In this document: piece by piece, positions 1 through 12,715 of the stretch
How positions within the stretch are numbered: the stretch's first letter is position 1
How the letters are laid out: every line of letters starts with the position of its first letter
From: Marsupella aquatica
Taxonomy: Eukaryota; Plantae; Marchantiophyta
DNA: 64,000 nt
NCBI GenBank assembly: GCA_973895155.1
Contig: OZ316895.1
Location: 20,412,803 to 20,476,802 of the forward strand
Reading direction: 5' to 3'
Notes under the pieces: model-generated
Told to the model about the DNA's origin: nothing
What the model saw: the letters and a program-made list of their open reading frames with translations, nothing else
Database searches by the model: none
Made by a program: the position numbers and the translations under genes

Positions 1-249
1 AATCCAGAGTTCAAAGAATAGATTTCTACGGATTGGGCCCAGGCTTTCATTCTCGTGACAGCAATATATATCAGTATTCTAGTAAGTTTCACCTCAAAAC
101 ATAACCTTCAAGGCAATAAATTTCAAAAGATGAAACGAGAGTCTTAAACTCTATCTGCTTGGGGAAGAAACATATTGACAAACAACTACCTTATCGACGC
201 AGTAAAATTTAGTGCACAGTCTTGCCTGGAGATTTTACTCCGAGAGATC

Positions 250-3200
250 TTGATCAGCGGTCCATGCAAGAATACACAGCACAACTACTGACTACGAGGG
301 GATGAATGCAAACCTCAACAGACACCATCAATTTCTCGAGGAATGATATTGTCAAGAAAAGTCCGTAAAACTGATGTGAGTCGAGTTCCGCCATTTCCGG
401 TAATCTCGCGCTAATGATGGTTTCAGCAAGAGGACCAATGTACCATCTCCTGGTGTGGACGCAGCCCCGCAATTATGGACGAACTACTTAGAACTTAAGC
501 ATGGTCCGCCTGGTAGCATTCAATAACTCTTTGGACAAAGGCAACCTCTTCTATTGATCCGAAGTACATTCTTGAAGAGATGAGTTTAAAGGCTAAAAAT
601 CCTCATCTGTACATCCTGACGGTCTTTATAAGATGGATCATTTACACAGGATTGTTCAACATCCAGAATTTATGCAAACGGATGGAAGGTCCAGCAGTGT
701 CCAGGCAGTTTGAAACTTATTACATCCTTGCCTGTGCCTGAGCAAGGGTAAAAGCTAGGAGAGAGTTGGGCATGAAGGCTAGACACGACCACTCGATAAA
801 TGCTCTCGAATCGGCTTGTTTCTTAATAGGGAAGAATTCTGATAGATTTCTGTCCTGGAGATTATCTCTGAGGTGTTTCATCGACGACTAGTGCAACTGT
901 AGAGAATCATGATAACCAGTCACTCCCAGGCAATCAATCCGAATCTCTTTATGCAAACACCGTCAAAATCTTCAGTCCGAATGTTATTCAGCAAATTTAA
1001 GTTTGGCCTGCTGTGAGGCAAATACCGTGATTTTCGGTTGTCTCGTCACTGATGATGGAATTCAGCAAGAAGGACCGATGTACTTGGTCGGTTGCAGCCC
1101 AGAATTTTGGACAAACAATTCAGAGTGAAATCAAAATCCATGTGAAGGGAAATTAAGTGCTGGGAATGCTGTGTTTCCAAGGTCATTTTAAAGACCATAG
1201 ACAGCCTACTCGACAATCTCAACACTTAGTACTAGAAATGCTCTAGAATGGGGCCTATTTCTGAGAGTCCAATCATTCTGATAGATTTCCCCGAATTGGT
1301 CCATAATTCACGGTTCTAGACACTCATGTGGACTTTTCTTCTCGTGACATTCCAGGTCGTGAGTTATATAATGTTCAACAGATGAAAACAAGAATCTTAG
1401 AAATGTACTGGGTCCGAAGAAAATGTTTTGACAAACCACGTAATCGACACAGAAAATTGACAGCGCAGGGTGTCCAAATCCCTTGTTTGGTTGCCTTTTA
1501 GGAGGCTCAGTTTCTTTTCCTGGTACCGGCTTCCCTGCCCGGCCCTGGCACTTCGACCTTCTGGTCCTTTTGGGTGCTGCTCCTTTTTTGGGCCCCCTGT
1601 TTTGTATTCTGGCCATTTGAATGGATTTCGTATGGTTTTTCGAGGCAAAACAAAAAAAACAAAAAAAACGGAGCAGAATGCGATTACTTGGATGCACATT
1701 GGCAGCAGGTCCAGGCAAATTGAAATTGACTGCAATTTCGCTAGTCCAGCGAACTATACACACAGTAAATTCTAGGAGCAGGATGCTGTTGGACAAGTCA
1801 CCTCCCTTCCCTTAACTTGGTTAACAATCATGTTCATGAACGTGAGTGCAAAGCAGTTTCTGGAAGGTCCGGCCTCAGCCAGCTTGTCATCCAAATTTAG
1901 TTCAAATTAACCAGTGACAGGAAAATGAAGGTACGTACAGCCCACAGACTTGACAGCCTCAACACTGGCTGTCTTGGAGCTGGGCAGAAGTGATTGTCGT
2001 CCAGAGATTACATCGTACGACTTTAGCTCCCAACCCCTGCCTACCAAAGGAGGGCATTCAACCGTTGATCTATCTCTGGTTGGCAACTGTGTGTGGCAAG
2101 CTTTGCTTTGAAAAGTCAGAGTTCTCGATTGAGACTGCAGTCACGGTCCGTAGTAAAAACAAAAGCACATGATTAAAAGTTAGACTGCGACAAATACTTT
2201 GCCAATCCTAAAATATCTGAAATTAACTTAGACCTGCCTAGCGAACCCCGTCACTCAGAATCTCGCTCAGAACTCCTGCAAGGTAGTAATTGCTTCCTAA
2301 GTCTTGTCGCCTACGGTACTTGTGAACACTGCCTGCGTTTGTTTTAAGTCAATTCTATTTTCTTGAACAGCCCAGAAACATCAGGTGAATGAGGATTCGG
2401 GTTGTTCCCGAGAAAGTTGGAATTGATGCATTTGATGTTGGAAAGATTCAGATTTGCAGCTGTTCGCACCTCGGCATATGGATTCCCACTCTGCTATCAT
2501 CGTCGCAAGCATTTCCTCGAAAATAAAATGTGATATTCATTGCGTGCTGCGGTGCCGCTGTGAGTTTGGTTGAAAAATATTTTCTCATGAAAGGTTAGCA
2601 ACCAGCATGCATTTACGTTTTGAATAAGTTAAGTTTTGATAGAACAAATCAAGGAAACTCCATGCAACCATCGAGTAGTAGCACTCGCATGGAAATATTG
2701 AGAGGTAAATGATCGACACGGCAGCCTTCATGTTTGACCTGGTCAACTTGTAGGGTTTAATGGCTCTAACGACAAGGAAGCTGCGCAGCTGAAGCTGTAC
2801 AGCTCCTCAAACACAAGGAAGTTTGCTTGGGGAAAACTACTGAGTGTAAAGAGGGTGAATTGCATTCGCTTTACTGTACTCAAAACTACTTACGCTGGCA
2901 TATGTCATTGGCAAATCGTGAAGAAAACACTCGAGCAGTGCATGAGTTTACTCTCAAAGTTCCGGGGAGTCAGAGATTTGCACTCTTGAAGATCCAAGCT
3001 GAAAAAGCTGCGGTTCAAATCAACGTTTTCCCAAAAAACAAATTACAGGTGTGTGTGTTTACTTTTTCCTTTCACAATTCCAAGTGAATTTTACTCCTGG
3101 CAGTTATTTCAAGGATCCATCTAGCAAAGGATCCAGATAAATTCGATGGAAGGGCTCATAAACAAAGTAAAGCTCCATGGACTGAGACCGTGTTTGGGTC

Positions 3201-4410
3201 GCCTCCAAGTACAGGGAAAGTGAGTTCACGCATCAGGAACCGAGCTCCTGTACTACATGTAGTAAGAAACCAGGCAGTGAGGACATCTGACAATTTCAGT
3301 CGAAGAAAACAGGCAGATGGGAAGTCAAAGCAATCTAAGCCCACACATTGTAGTAAGAAAAACACCAGTGATTGAAATATGCCAGGAAAACTACCGCGCC
3401 AGTTTGATCCGACAAAGATTGGGAGTATGCCAAAAGAGAGCGAGGAACAATATATCTAATAGAACGCGCGATCCAGACAATTACAGTCTAATTTTACCTG
3501 TGCATGTACCTGGCTTCCCATATCCGACGAATTCATCGATGATACCGACGAAGATAGTTGAAAGGACTTCATGCACAGAGACCACATCGCACAACAAGGT
3601 TTAAGTAGTTTTTGCATTGAAAAATTATGCAGTTCATAACAACAATTGAGGGAACAGTTGAGGTTCAACCACGTACGTCGCTCATTAGTTTGACGTACTC
3701 CCGGCCAATCAAGTCACAGATTTCAAATTGAGCTAGAAGAAAAAATCCCGAGAAAAAATCTATACCCCTCAGAATCGTCTACGCAGCGATGGAGAATGGT
3801 TTGGAATGTTCCGTTTGTAGCAACACTGATCAGAGTGGAGATGAGAGGTCAAATAACGGTGTGTCATTTGGAGCAGCAGTTTGACTGTTTCGGAAAGAAG
3901 GGCTACCCAAACTGAATTGGGTATAAACTGGGGTATAAATTATTGGAAGAGGGTGTGAGTAATGAATGAACAAACTCCGAATTTTTCTCATTAAGAGAAA
4001 TAGATTATGAAGCATCAAAGCTTTCGACGGGTAAGACAGATTGCTTCACACACAGGCCAACACTTCCTTGATGGCGTGCACTCCAATGTAGGGCGGACCT
4101 TTTTCCGAAAGGCGACACCGCTGGCGAACTATCTCCATACTCCCTCGCATCCTACTCCATTGCATGCGGGGTAGTACTTTTGTAGTTTACGAATGAGTCC
4201 TGTACGTATACAAAAGTTAACTCCGCTCAACCTCAAAACAGTGCGATTTAATTGGAGGGTTTGTAAAATCCACCCTTCTCGCTGTTGGGCTGGCCGTCTG
4301 AAGTTGAATTGTGAGAGGCTTTGCAAGGTTTCGAATCGTGAGGCGGGGGCGGGCTCTGGATACTTGGACAAGCCGTCACTAGGTTGGTGCCGGGGAACAC
4401 CAATCCAGGA
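250..4410 (-). pseudogene. Heavily decayed leucine-rich-repeat (F-box/LRR- or RNI-like) coding remnant, with internal duplications; boundaries approximate
   Basis: Scattered minus-strand LRR-like fragments broken by stops and frameshifts: SLDLQECKSL (~2970-3000), CEQLQ/NLNLSNIKCI (~2425-2470), WLNLNCSLNCCYELH (~3625-3670), DLSNSILLLEF (~1765-1800). Segments ~410-485 and ~1050-1117 are diverged copies, as are ~800-850 and ~1236-1290. Confidence 0.4.
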
Positions 4411-4822
4411 CATATTTCGGATTTCTTTCCGAAAGACGACACACCGAATGGGAGCTCCGCGTTCCCATTACCTCCCCCCATCGATCCATCCATCCATGCA
4501 AACTGGGCTCGTGCTTCCGCTCCATTACCTGCCGAATACCCAAATATTTAAGACTGATTGTACTGTTCATACAAGGACAAGCTTACTCGATTCAGTCTGT
4601 CATGAGACTGAGATCTCTTATGATTGGGTGTTCAAAGTCCAACCCTTGAATGTGAGGTTTCCCCAGGGCTCTTTGGAATCGGAAGACCAGAGCCAGCTTT
4701 GCATACTTGGAGTGGTCCATACTCTTCTTTTTTGGGAGGAAGTGGTCTACAGGGACACCTGACTCTGAGTACGACCAACTAAATTTCAACCGCAGTCTTG
4801 CTTTTGGACACTTTGGATTCAC

Positions 4823-5070
4823 AGTTTTCTCGTGTCCCCACATATCACAGAGTCCTGCCTTCTTTGGTGTTTTGGGGAATATACCGGTTGGGAATATATC
4901 GGCAACTCTGAACAATGTCTACTGTATATTTAGTAGAGTTTTTTAATTTCGCTACCGACATATACTTCTCTCGTGTCTCCACACAGCACATAGTCCTGCA
5001 TGGTTTGGGAAATATGTCCGACGCCTCAGAACAACGTCCAATGTATATTTAGTACAGTTCAATTTCGCTA
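4823..5070. repeat. Degenerate tandem duplication (two copies, ~105-135 bp)
   Basis: Both copies start TCTCGTGTC(C/T)CCACA and end TGTATATTTAGTA.AGTT...AATTTCGCTAC. Confidence 0.6.
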
Positions 5071-5864
5071 CTTGTGCCTTAGATATTTTAGACTTCAAGC
5101 AAGCATCCTTCAAAAATAGTGCTCCAGGCCTTTCATCTTCAGAGTAGACAACGGAGGAGGCTGGAAGATTCGAAATAAACACTAATCAGTAGTCCTGTCC
5201 CAAGACTAATTTCGATTTTTGTTTGTACTTTGTTTGGCCTTTGTTTACTGTACGTACTCTTTCGTTTCTTCCAATCAATCTGCCGGCGCACTATTGCATA
5301 AATTCCTTACTTTGCAGGCCGAAAACACTTGAGTTCAGCATGGAACTACAGTCGGAGAATGATACCAAGGACTGATTATAGAACTCGGCGCTTCCTTCTC
5401 TTTGATTCTGGACCCTCTTTCTTTCTGGCACCCTTGCATCAATGCACAGAACATGACAGTTTCTCAATCGTTGCTTGGGATTCTTGCATCAACTGAGGCA
5501 CGGAACATAACAGTCTTTCTATTGTTGTCTGATCAGGCATGTTTGCGACAAGGCTGACTTTTAGTCTTTTCTGAGCCTCTATTTTTCGCTCAATTGGCCG
5601 CTTTGTTTGCTTGGGAACAGACAACGAATATGTGCAGTTCTATTTATCGTTTGTGAGCTTGGTTGTCCTTTTATTGGGACACTTGGGCTGAACATTGCTA
5701 TGGCCACGGAGGGCCATTAAGCGTATCTCTATTCAAGGCAAAGCGTAGGGCCAATTGCACACACTAAAGTTAAACCAAATCACACACTGAAGTTAAAATG
5801 TCTAAGCCAAATGTGTGCAGATTATAAATGCACAGACCCTGAATATCTTGGGTGCTTGGTCCAT

Positions 5865-6100
5865 TCTTTTAGATCATATTTGAGGTCTAAGTTTTTGACA
5901 AAAAATCATGCACACATCAGCAAAACAAGGACCCACAAGGGGCTCACTTGCGGAATGCTGACTAGCATCAGTAATGGCTTTGCCTGCTTGTAGAGAGTGG
6001 CCTGTTCCCACATTTGAATGGCTAGGATTGCATTTCACAAATAGTTAAAAAAATAGAACTGCCGCCAAGTTCTTGTAAAGCTCCCCTACCCTTAACTGAT
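5865..6100 (-). repeat. Dispersed repeat, homologous to 32058-32320 (decayed coding sequence of an unidentified TE)
   Basis: Shared blocks GAGGTCTAAGTTTTTGACAAAAAA, GGACCCACAAGGGG and CCAAGTTCTTGTAAAGC. Both copies give LYKNL on the minus strand. Confidence 0.65.
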
Positions 6101-6537
6101 ATGCTCAACTGCCCATCAAGCATGCAATTCTTTTGTTGATGAAATACATTATAATATACGGAGAAGAAAGACAGCAAGACTCCAATCGTCCCAAAAGAAT
6201 CTCCTCACATGCCCAACATTTTAAAATTAGCTCCCACCTAAACCACGTGTGCTTTCATTGATAGTACTGCAATAGAGGAAGTTGAAATCCATGTTACTCT
6301 GTTTCCTGTCCCTTTTCCTTCTTCTTTTCCTTTTTCCTTGTTCCAATCCATGAGACTCTCATGTGACTACGAGGTGCTTCTCACCAAGTCAATAAAGTAG
6401 TTCTTATGTTGCTTAAATACAGATATCGATATTCTCGCATATTATTCGGTTCCCCCCCAAAAGCATAGTGATATGGAGAGGAGAGACAACAATAGTCCAA
6501 CCATTTCAAACAGAATGATTTCCCTAATGCCTAGTCA

Positions 6538-6640
6538 ATGTGACCCTAGCCCCACTTGTAGCGACCTCCAAAGATGACCCAGCCACACTGGTAGCCACCT
6601 TCAAAGATGACCCTAGTCCCACTTGTAGCCACCTACCCAA
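6538..6640. repeat. Minisatellite, ~3 copies of ~33-35 bp
   Basis: Three copies of TGACCC(TAG)...CCCACTTGTAGC(C/G)ACCT..AAAGA. Confidence 0.6.
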
Positions 6641-9600
6641 GATCCAGGGTAATGGTTTTTCCCTTTTAAATGGGACATGGAAAGAGAAGGGGGGCAGTCC
6701 CAAATGCCCTTAAGGTGGCTTTACAAGACTGTACTTATGACTTGGGGTACTTGTGACTTTTTGTCCACCTTAGTAAGTCTTACGAGCTGTTTACAAGACT
6801 GTGAGGGCATAGGTAAGTGGTGACTTTGTGCACCAAAGTAAGGCTTTACAAGGATGTGGGGTTAGTGGTGACTTTCTCTTCACCAAAACAAGGCTATGCA
6901 AATGGGGTTACTTGTGACTTTTTCTTTTACCAAAGTAAACTTGATGGTCACTTCTTGTTTTGAAGATAGACTCCAGACCAAAAACGTGTTTGAAATGAAA
7001 TTCAGCACAGTCCAATCTTTTGAAATGAGTTCAATAAATGCAAATGCCTCCATTTGGAATATTTGGAGTTGGACCACCCCTACACTTTATTTGGCCCCTT
7101 TTAAGTAAATTGGTCATTTTCCCATGAAACCCAGGATGAAAAGTTAGGTTCTTTTTTTAAATTACATCTTTGGATCTCTTAAGTTGAGAGTCACAAGAGT
7201 ATCGTGACCAGATGAAACTCTAATGGTGTCAATTGGATATCAAGACATTACAAGCAATTAAAAACATGCCTTATAGAATAGTATTCCTTACTATTTCATG
7301 AAAAGGAGAGTTCGGTACCGGGGAGATTATGCAGCACAATAAAAGAGTAAAGTGAAATGGAAAAACCTTTGGAAAAAGTAATAAAAAATATCTAGCAGAA
7401 AATGGCACTCCTAGAACATTGGACAAGATGCTGTGGATGGAGCGCAAAAGCGGTTTCCCCTTGAAAAACAAATGCTCCCATGGATTTGCACAAATTTGCA
7501 TGGCATTTCCCATTGGGGTTTGTTGAGTGTTCTGCAATGTCATTTTTGCATGGATAGCATCTTTCCCTAGTTTGCGTCGGTGCGTATTTTTTGGGTGTAC
7601 AAAATTAGTGAGATACATGGGAATCATAACCACTGTTGGGCGGAGGGTTTTACTTATAGCAGCCAAATAAAGGTATAGTGGACACCACTAGTCGGCAAGA
7701 TATGATATTGGACTGGTATATAAGGTCCCCATAAACTTTCAGAATATAGAGATGTATTTAAAATAAATAAATTGTAGACCGGGTATAGGTATAGAGTTTA
7801 GGATGGACTATACCCAGGTGATAAGGGTATAGGTAAAGGTATAGTAAATTAAAGCTCATAATAGCAAATTTTGATGCAAAAACTGAATCAAAAATTGAAC
7901 ACAAATTCAAATATATAAGTTATCAAGAAAAATTGTCACCTGCCTATCCAATGATTAATACGTGCAAACCGTACTTTTATTCGCTTAAACCATTGGTATC
8001 GTATTATGGGGTCGTGAAAGGACGCTATTTGGAGGATTTCCACACCTAAGGATGAGTATGTTTGATTCCGCTCCCGGAAGTGTACTTTTTGATCAAGTCT
8101 ACCGACTGGTCTCTCCGTTTTTGATCAAGTCCAAGGGACTGGCTCTACCATCTACAACTCATGCCCATCGGGTGAGTGCTGTCACCAACCCCCTCTCATG
8201 GGCAAGCATACAAATGTTTACAATAAAATTTGAATACTAGTGACAAGGGCAAATGTTTCCACAACGAAACCGATCACATGCACTAGGGGAGGAAAACAAA
8301 CAACACAAGCAACAACAAGTGACACACAAAATATTGGAACCTCAAGCCAAATCCATATCTCTTGGTGTTTCCCGTAACACATGCAAGGACAACCCGCCCT
8401 CCTGCCATGTGCCCAACTCCTGCCTCCCAGGGACAAGTGCTACGTTCTCCACCTCCCTATTCTGGCTTGAACTTCTCCTAATCGGTGCGCTACTCACAAA
8501 AGCTACTTAGAAGCATCAAAGCACTACACTGAGTCCCCCCCCACTACTACGGGGCTTCCCCCTAAATACTCAAAACAAACACACCAAAGCACCCCTCACG
8601 GGTTCACAAGGATGGCGGCTACCCTAGCGGCGCCGCTAAAACCTTCCACGAGGAATCCTTAACCTAAAACATACGGCACACAATGCTCTTGAGACCCTAA
8701 TCTAACTATGGGACCGTCGGTGCCTTCGACGGTGGCAACCGCACTCGGTAGTCACGGGGAAGTGAGGGGGCCACTCAAGGTCGAAATCCTCAACCATTTC
8801 GAACTACTCCCCTGAGGGGGGCCCTGGATAGCTCTGCTCCTCCCAATCACAAATCCGTAAGCGGCACTCAAAACGGATCCCGGACGACCAAGTTACGGAT
8901 GTTTGAATCCGTAATACGCCCGAGCTCATAACTTCTTCATCCTGACTCCGTTCTGGGCGTGCCACACCTTCCAGAATCAGCTCCTCGAGCTCCTTCCAAC
9001 AAGCCCGTGATTCCCCTCATCCAAGGTGTTGTATAATTCAAAATCTGTACGACCAACGTCTATATGCCTCACTAGTCTTCCCCCGACTCACTCACGGAAC
9101 CGGGACTCCACCCCCGGGAATCCTCACTGCTGGCGCCCTCCGCTGATGTGGGTGTAACACCTACTATTCTCCTTGCCGGGGGAGTCCATCCCGGGGTCTG
9201 GCCAAAGGCTCCCCGTCTCCTCAATGCCGCCAAAGCTTGCCAGGCCGTAACATAACCCTAGCTGATCGTGTCCTTCCATAGAGCGGCCTCCTCCCCTCCC
9301 TGCAATTCCAAGGGTAAGACCTGACTGGTAGCCAAAGGGGTTCCTGGGTTTGCGGTCCTGGGTGGCATATTTGACATCCCCGCTATTCCATGACTAGGTG
9401 AGATCTCTGCCCGTAATGATGGGGACACTGTGGCTCCGTGACTCCCTTGGGTCTCCCGTAATGACTTACGGGACTCCTGTAGCTTCTTCTCTAGTATCTT
9501 ACACTTCTCCTTGTTTTTCTTTGCTAAATCCAACATTGGTCCGTACTTCTGAGTTACCTCCGTTACCACCGTCTCTATAGCCTTAGAGACCAAGTCAGGG

Positions 9601-10104
9601 GGGAGAGTAGGGCTAGGTGAGGATGGGTTTTTCCTCTTCCCCAACCTCAACATATCGTTTCTCTTGGCCCTGGTCTCAAGGAGCCCAACCTTGCCCCGTA
9701 ACTCCACAATTTGTTGCTTCAGCCTCTCTATCTCACCGGTGCTCTGCTTGAGCTTGGCCAATTCCTCCCTCAAGACTCCCACCTCCAGCGCTTCCTTAGC
9801 CTTGGTAGACAAGGCTCCATGCAACTGAGAAATCTGAACCTGTGCCTCCGTAAGTGATCCACCTTGATCTTGGATCACTACCTCCTTAGCCTTTATCACC
9901 TCTTTCAAGGCCTGGTTGCTTGTCTGCAAGGTTTCTACCCTGGCATTGGCTTGGTTGAGGCCCCTCTCAAAGTTTGGCACAACTTCAGCCCCTCCTGCAC
10001 TCCATCGCAGAAATCACGTAATTCAGCCAAATACACCTTGGGTACATCGCAATCAAGGGGCTCCTCCAGATTCCCCACAAGCGACTCCATCCACTCCACC
10101 GTGC

Positions 10105-10525
10105 TGTTGGGTATTTACTCTTACGTCTAGGTTAGGTATGACGTGGTTGGTACAACAACGTGGGTTGGTACAACTACGTGGTTAGGTACAACTACGTGAT
10201 TAGGTACAACTATGTGGTTAGGTACAACTACGTGATTAGGTACAACTATGTGGTTAGGTACAACTAAGTTGCACACTATATCATAAGAGGCATGTGTGCT
10301 TGGAGAGGTAGAACCAAGGCTCATTGTTATGGAGCCACTTGAGAGATAGGGAGAGCTTACACTGTGGAGACTCGGTATAGCCGACGGGCTTAGAGTTCAG
10401 TAAAGCTCTCTTGTGTGTTCCCGTGGACGTAGCCTCAAGGAGGTGAACCACGTATCTCTTGTGTCGACTATTGTGCGTTGGATGGTTCCTGGGCTTGCCG
10501 TTGCGATCGTCGTCTATGCTCAACA
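10105..10525 (+). repeat. 5' LTR (421 bp) with a 7-unit 18-bp tandem array at 10143-10267
   Basis: TGTTGGG...CTCAACA. By eye it is identical to the 3' LTR except for two fewer array units. Confidence 0.97.
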
Positions 10526-10527
10526 AT

Positions 10528-10539
10528 TGGTATCAGAGC
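10528..10539 (+). promoter_or_regulatory. Primer-binding site (initiator tRNA-Met)
   Basis: TGGTATCAGAGC, separated from the 5' LTR by 2 nt. Confidence 0.95.
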
Positions 10540-11857
10540 ATGCTTGGGAGGTGACGTGTGTTCGTGACGGGATTTCATGACGGTTTTTCCAGCGTTGAGT
10601 GTTGGTGGATTTTCCAGAGTTCCATCGCATGGAACTTGGAGTTTATGGGCTCAACGGATAGATCAGGGCAAGAGCTTTCTAACGGTGTGAAGAAATCGTT
10701 GAACGGAGCTCGTGGTGCAGAGAGATCTAAGTTTTCGTCATTCTGGATTTTGTGAAGAAAGTTGGCAATCGACTCGGAGGGAGAAGCGTCAAGTGTTTTG
10801 ACTCAACGGAGAGATTGAGGCAAGACGATTGTTTTTGAGTCCGGGATTGGCTCTTTGATGCAAAGAGGAAGGCTAAGCAAAATCAATTACCTTGTTGGAC
10901 TTGGTGACGGCACCAAGTGCAATTGATCAACATTCGTTGTTGACAAGGTACCATTTTTTTCTCTTTGAAAAACTGATTCGAAATTGGCTATGGCAATTGA
11001 GAGAAATCTGTCATCTTTACCAATTTTTTTCTCCCTCGTTCTTTCCTCGTTTTGGGTGCTTCTTATATCGATCTTCATCGCCTCGGAGTCTAGTTTCCAA
11101 ATCTGAAATCGGATCTTGATTTCGTCAAAACCCGAGTGAGATATCTTGCGTTTGGTGTCGAGGGGTACATTCTGCCGAGTGTATTTTCTGCGCGCGCGAC
11201 CAGATTTCGACGACGAAGGGTGGTAGGGGGTTTTGGGGGTTCGAGGACACATGTCAGCCCCTCGATTGTTCTTCCAAAATTCCCACAGGGCCTGTACAAG
11301 GGTCATAGAATATTCCAAAAAAACCAGAGAGCTATTTTTTGACCGTCCGACAAAGATTTCATCCGCCGAACGGTAATTTTTTTGGTTATTTTTCGGCGAG
11401 GTCGTAGCCATTGAAGTTGGCAATGCAGCGCACCAATCACATCGCAATTCCGACAACGGGTTGTACTTGGTATTTCGGTTATTCCCTGAGGTGGTCAAAA
11501 CGGGGGAGTTTTCCAAGGTTTTACCCACCTCGACCGAAATTTGAATAACTTTTCCGTCAAATTTCAATTTTGATTTCGGTTTTCAGTATTGGACTCCTAG
11601 CTTTGTGGGCTACGCGGCGGTGTTGAGTTTCGAGTTTTTTGAGAAGTTGTGAAAAATAACATTTTTTGTGACTTTCTCATATGAGTGATTCGGAGAAGTT
11701 TTTCGAAGACGTGGAACTTGAAGCATGAGGATCACCGCGGAGGTTTCAGGGGCAGAGAGAGGAGCAGGAGGAAGAGCACGTGACACCAATACCATCACCG
11801 GTGCGGCGTGTGGTGGAGGAAGCAGTACTACTACTGGAGCTCACGGTAAAGAAGAAG

Positions 11858-12715
11858 ATGGGGACTTTCAAGCTTGGGGGACCCAAGTATGAAGTGACAA
11901 AGTATGATGGGCGCTCTGACTACTTGCTATGGGAGAAGCAGGTGAAGGGAGTGCTTTATGCGTCAGGGATGGGCCAACTGCTGAGCCCTCGTGAAGACGA
12001 TGTTGATGAGAAACAATGGGACCGCATGCAGGAGCAGGGAGTGTGGTGTGTTACACTCTATCTCATGCCTCCCATCATCAAGCAGTTAGGTGCACATAAG
12101 GATTGCATGTCCTTGTTTGCGGAATTGCAGAGCAAGTATCACCGCAAGGAGTTGTCGAACCGGCTCTACACTTCCTACAAACTGATGAGTTTCAGGATGA
12201 AGGAATCTGGTACAAAGTTGCAAGACCATGTGGATGCTTTCAACGACATGGTCGTTGACTTGGAAAACCTTGGGGAGACTTTGAATGATGAGACGAAGGC
12301 TCTGCAGCTTCTTAGTTCATTGCCTCCATCTTACCAGTCCCTATCACGAGTGTTGTTGCATCGTGATAGGGATACCATTTCATACAATGACGTGGTAAGT
12401 TCTCTGCTTAGTGATGATCTTCAGCAGAAGATGCACATCACGTCACAGCCTTCATCATCTGGTGCTGCCCTCAATGTTAACCGTGGGAGGAGTATGCAGC
12501 GACCAACTGGGGACCGTAGAACCCAGTTTAGATCTAAATCCAGATCTAAGTCCAAGGGTAAATCCCCTCAGAGGAGGCAGGTGACATGTTGGAAGTGCAA
12601 CCAAGTTGGACACTTCAAGCGAGACTATAAGGGAAAGGCAGCGGAAACTTCATCGGCAAATGTGGCTAGGGCTGATGGAGAAGCTGATTTACTCAATGAT
12701 GAGTATGTTTTATGA
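11858..12715 (+). CDS. Copia Gag (zinc knuckle with last Cys changed to Tyr)
   Basis: ATG at 11858. Copia gag motifs (KYDGRSDYLLWEKQV, LLSSLPPSY) and CWKCNQVGHFKRDY. TGA at 12713-12715. Confidence 0.9.
   Translation: MGTFKLGGPKYEVTKYDGRSDYLLWEKQVKGVLYASGMGQLLSPREDDVDEKQWDRMQEQGVWCVTLYLMPPIIKQLGAHKDCMSLFAELQSKYHRKELSNRLYTSYKLMSFRMKESGTKLQDHVDAFNDMVVDLENLGETLNDETKALQLLSSLPPSYQSLSRVLLHRDRDTISYNDVVSSLLSDDLQQKMHITSQPSSSGAALNVNRGRSMQRPTGDRRTQFRSKSRSKSKGKSPQRRQVTCWKCNQVGHFKRDYKGKAAETSSANVARADGEADLLNDEYVL

Noticed and set aside
10887-11567. 226-aa antisense ORF in the copia leader
   Set aside because: Non-ATG start, no recognisable domain, and not preserved in the related leader at 24260-25045.
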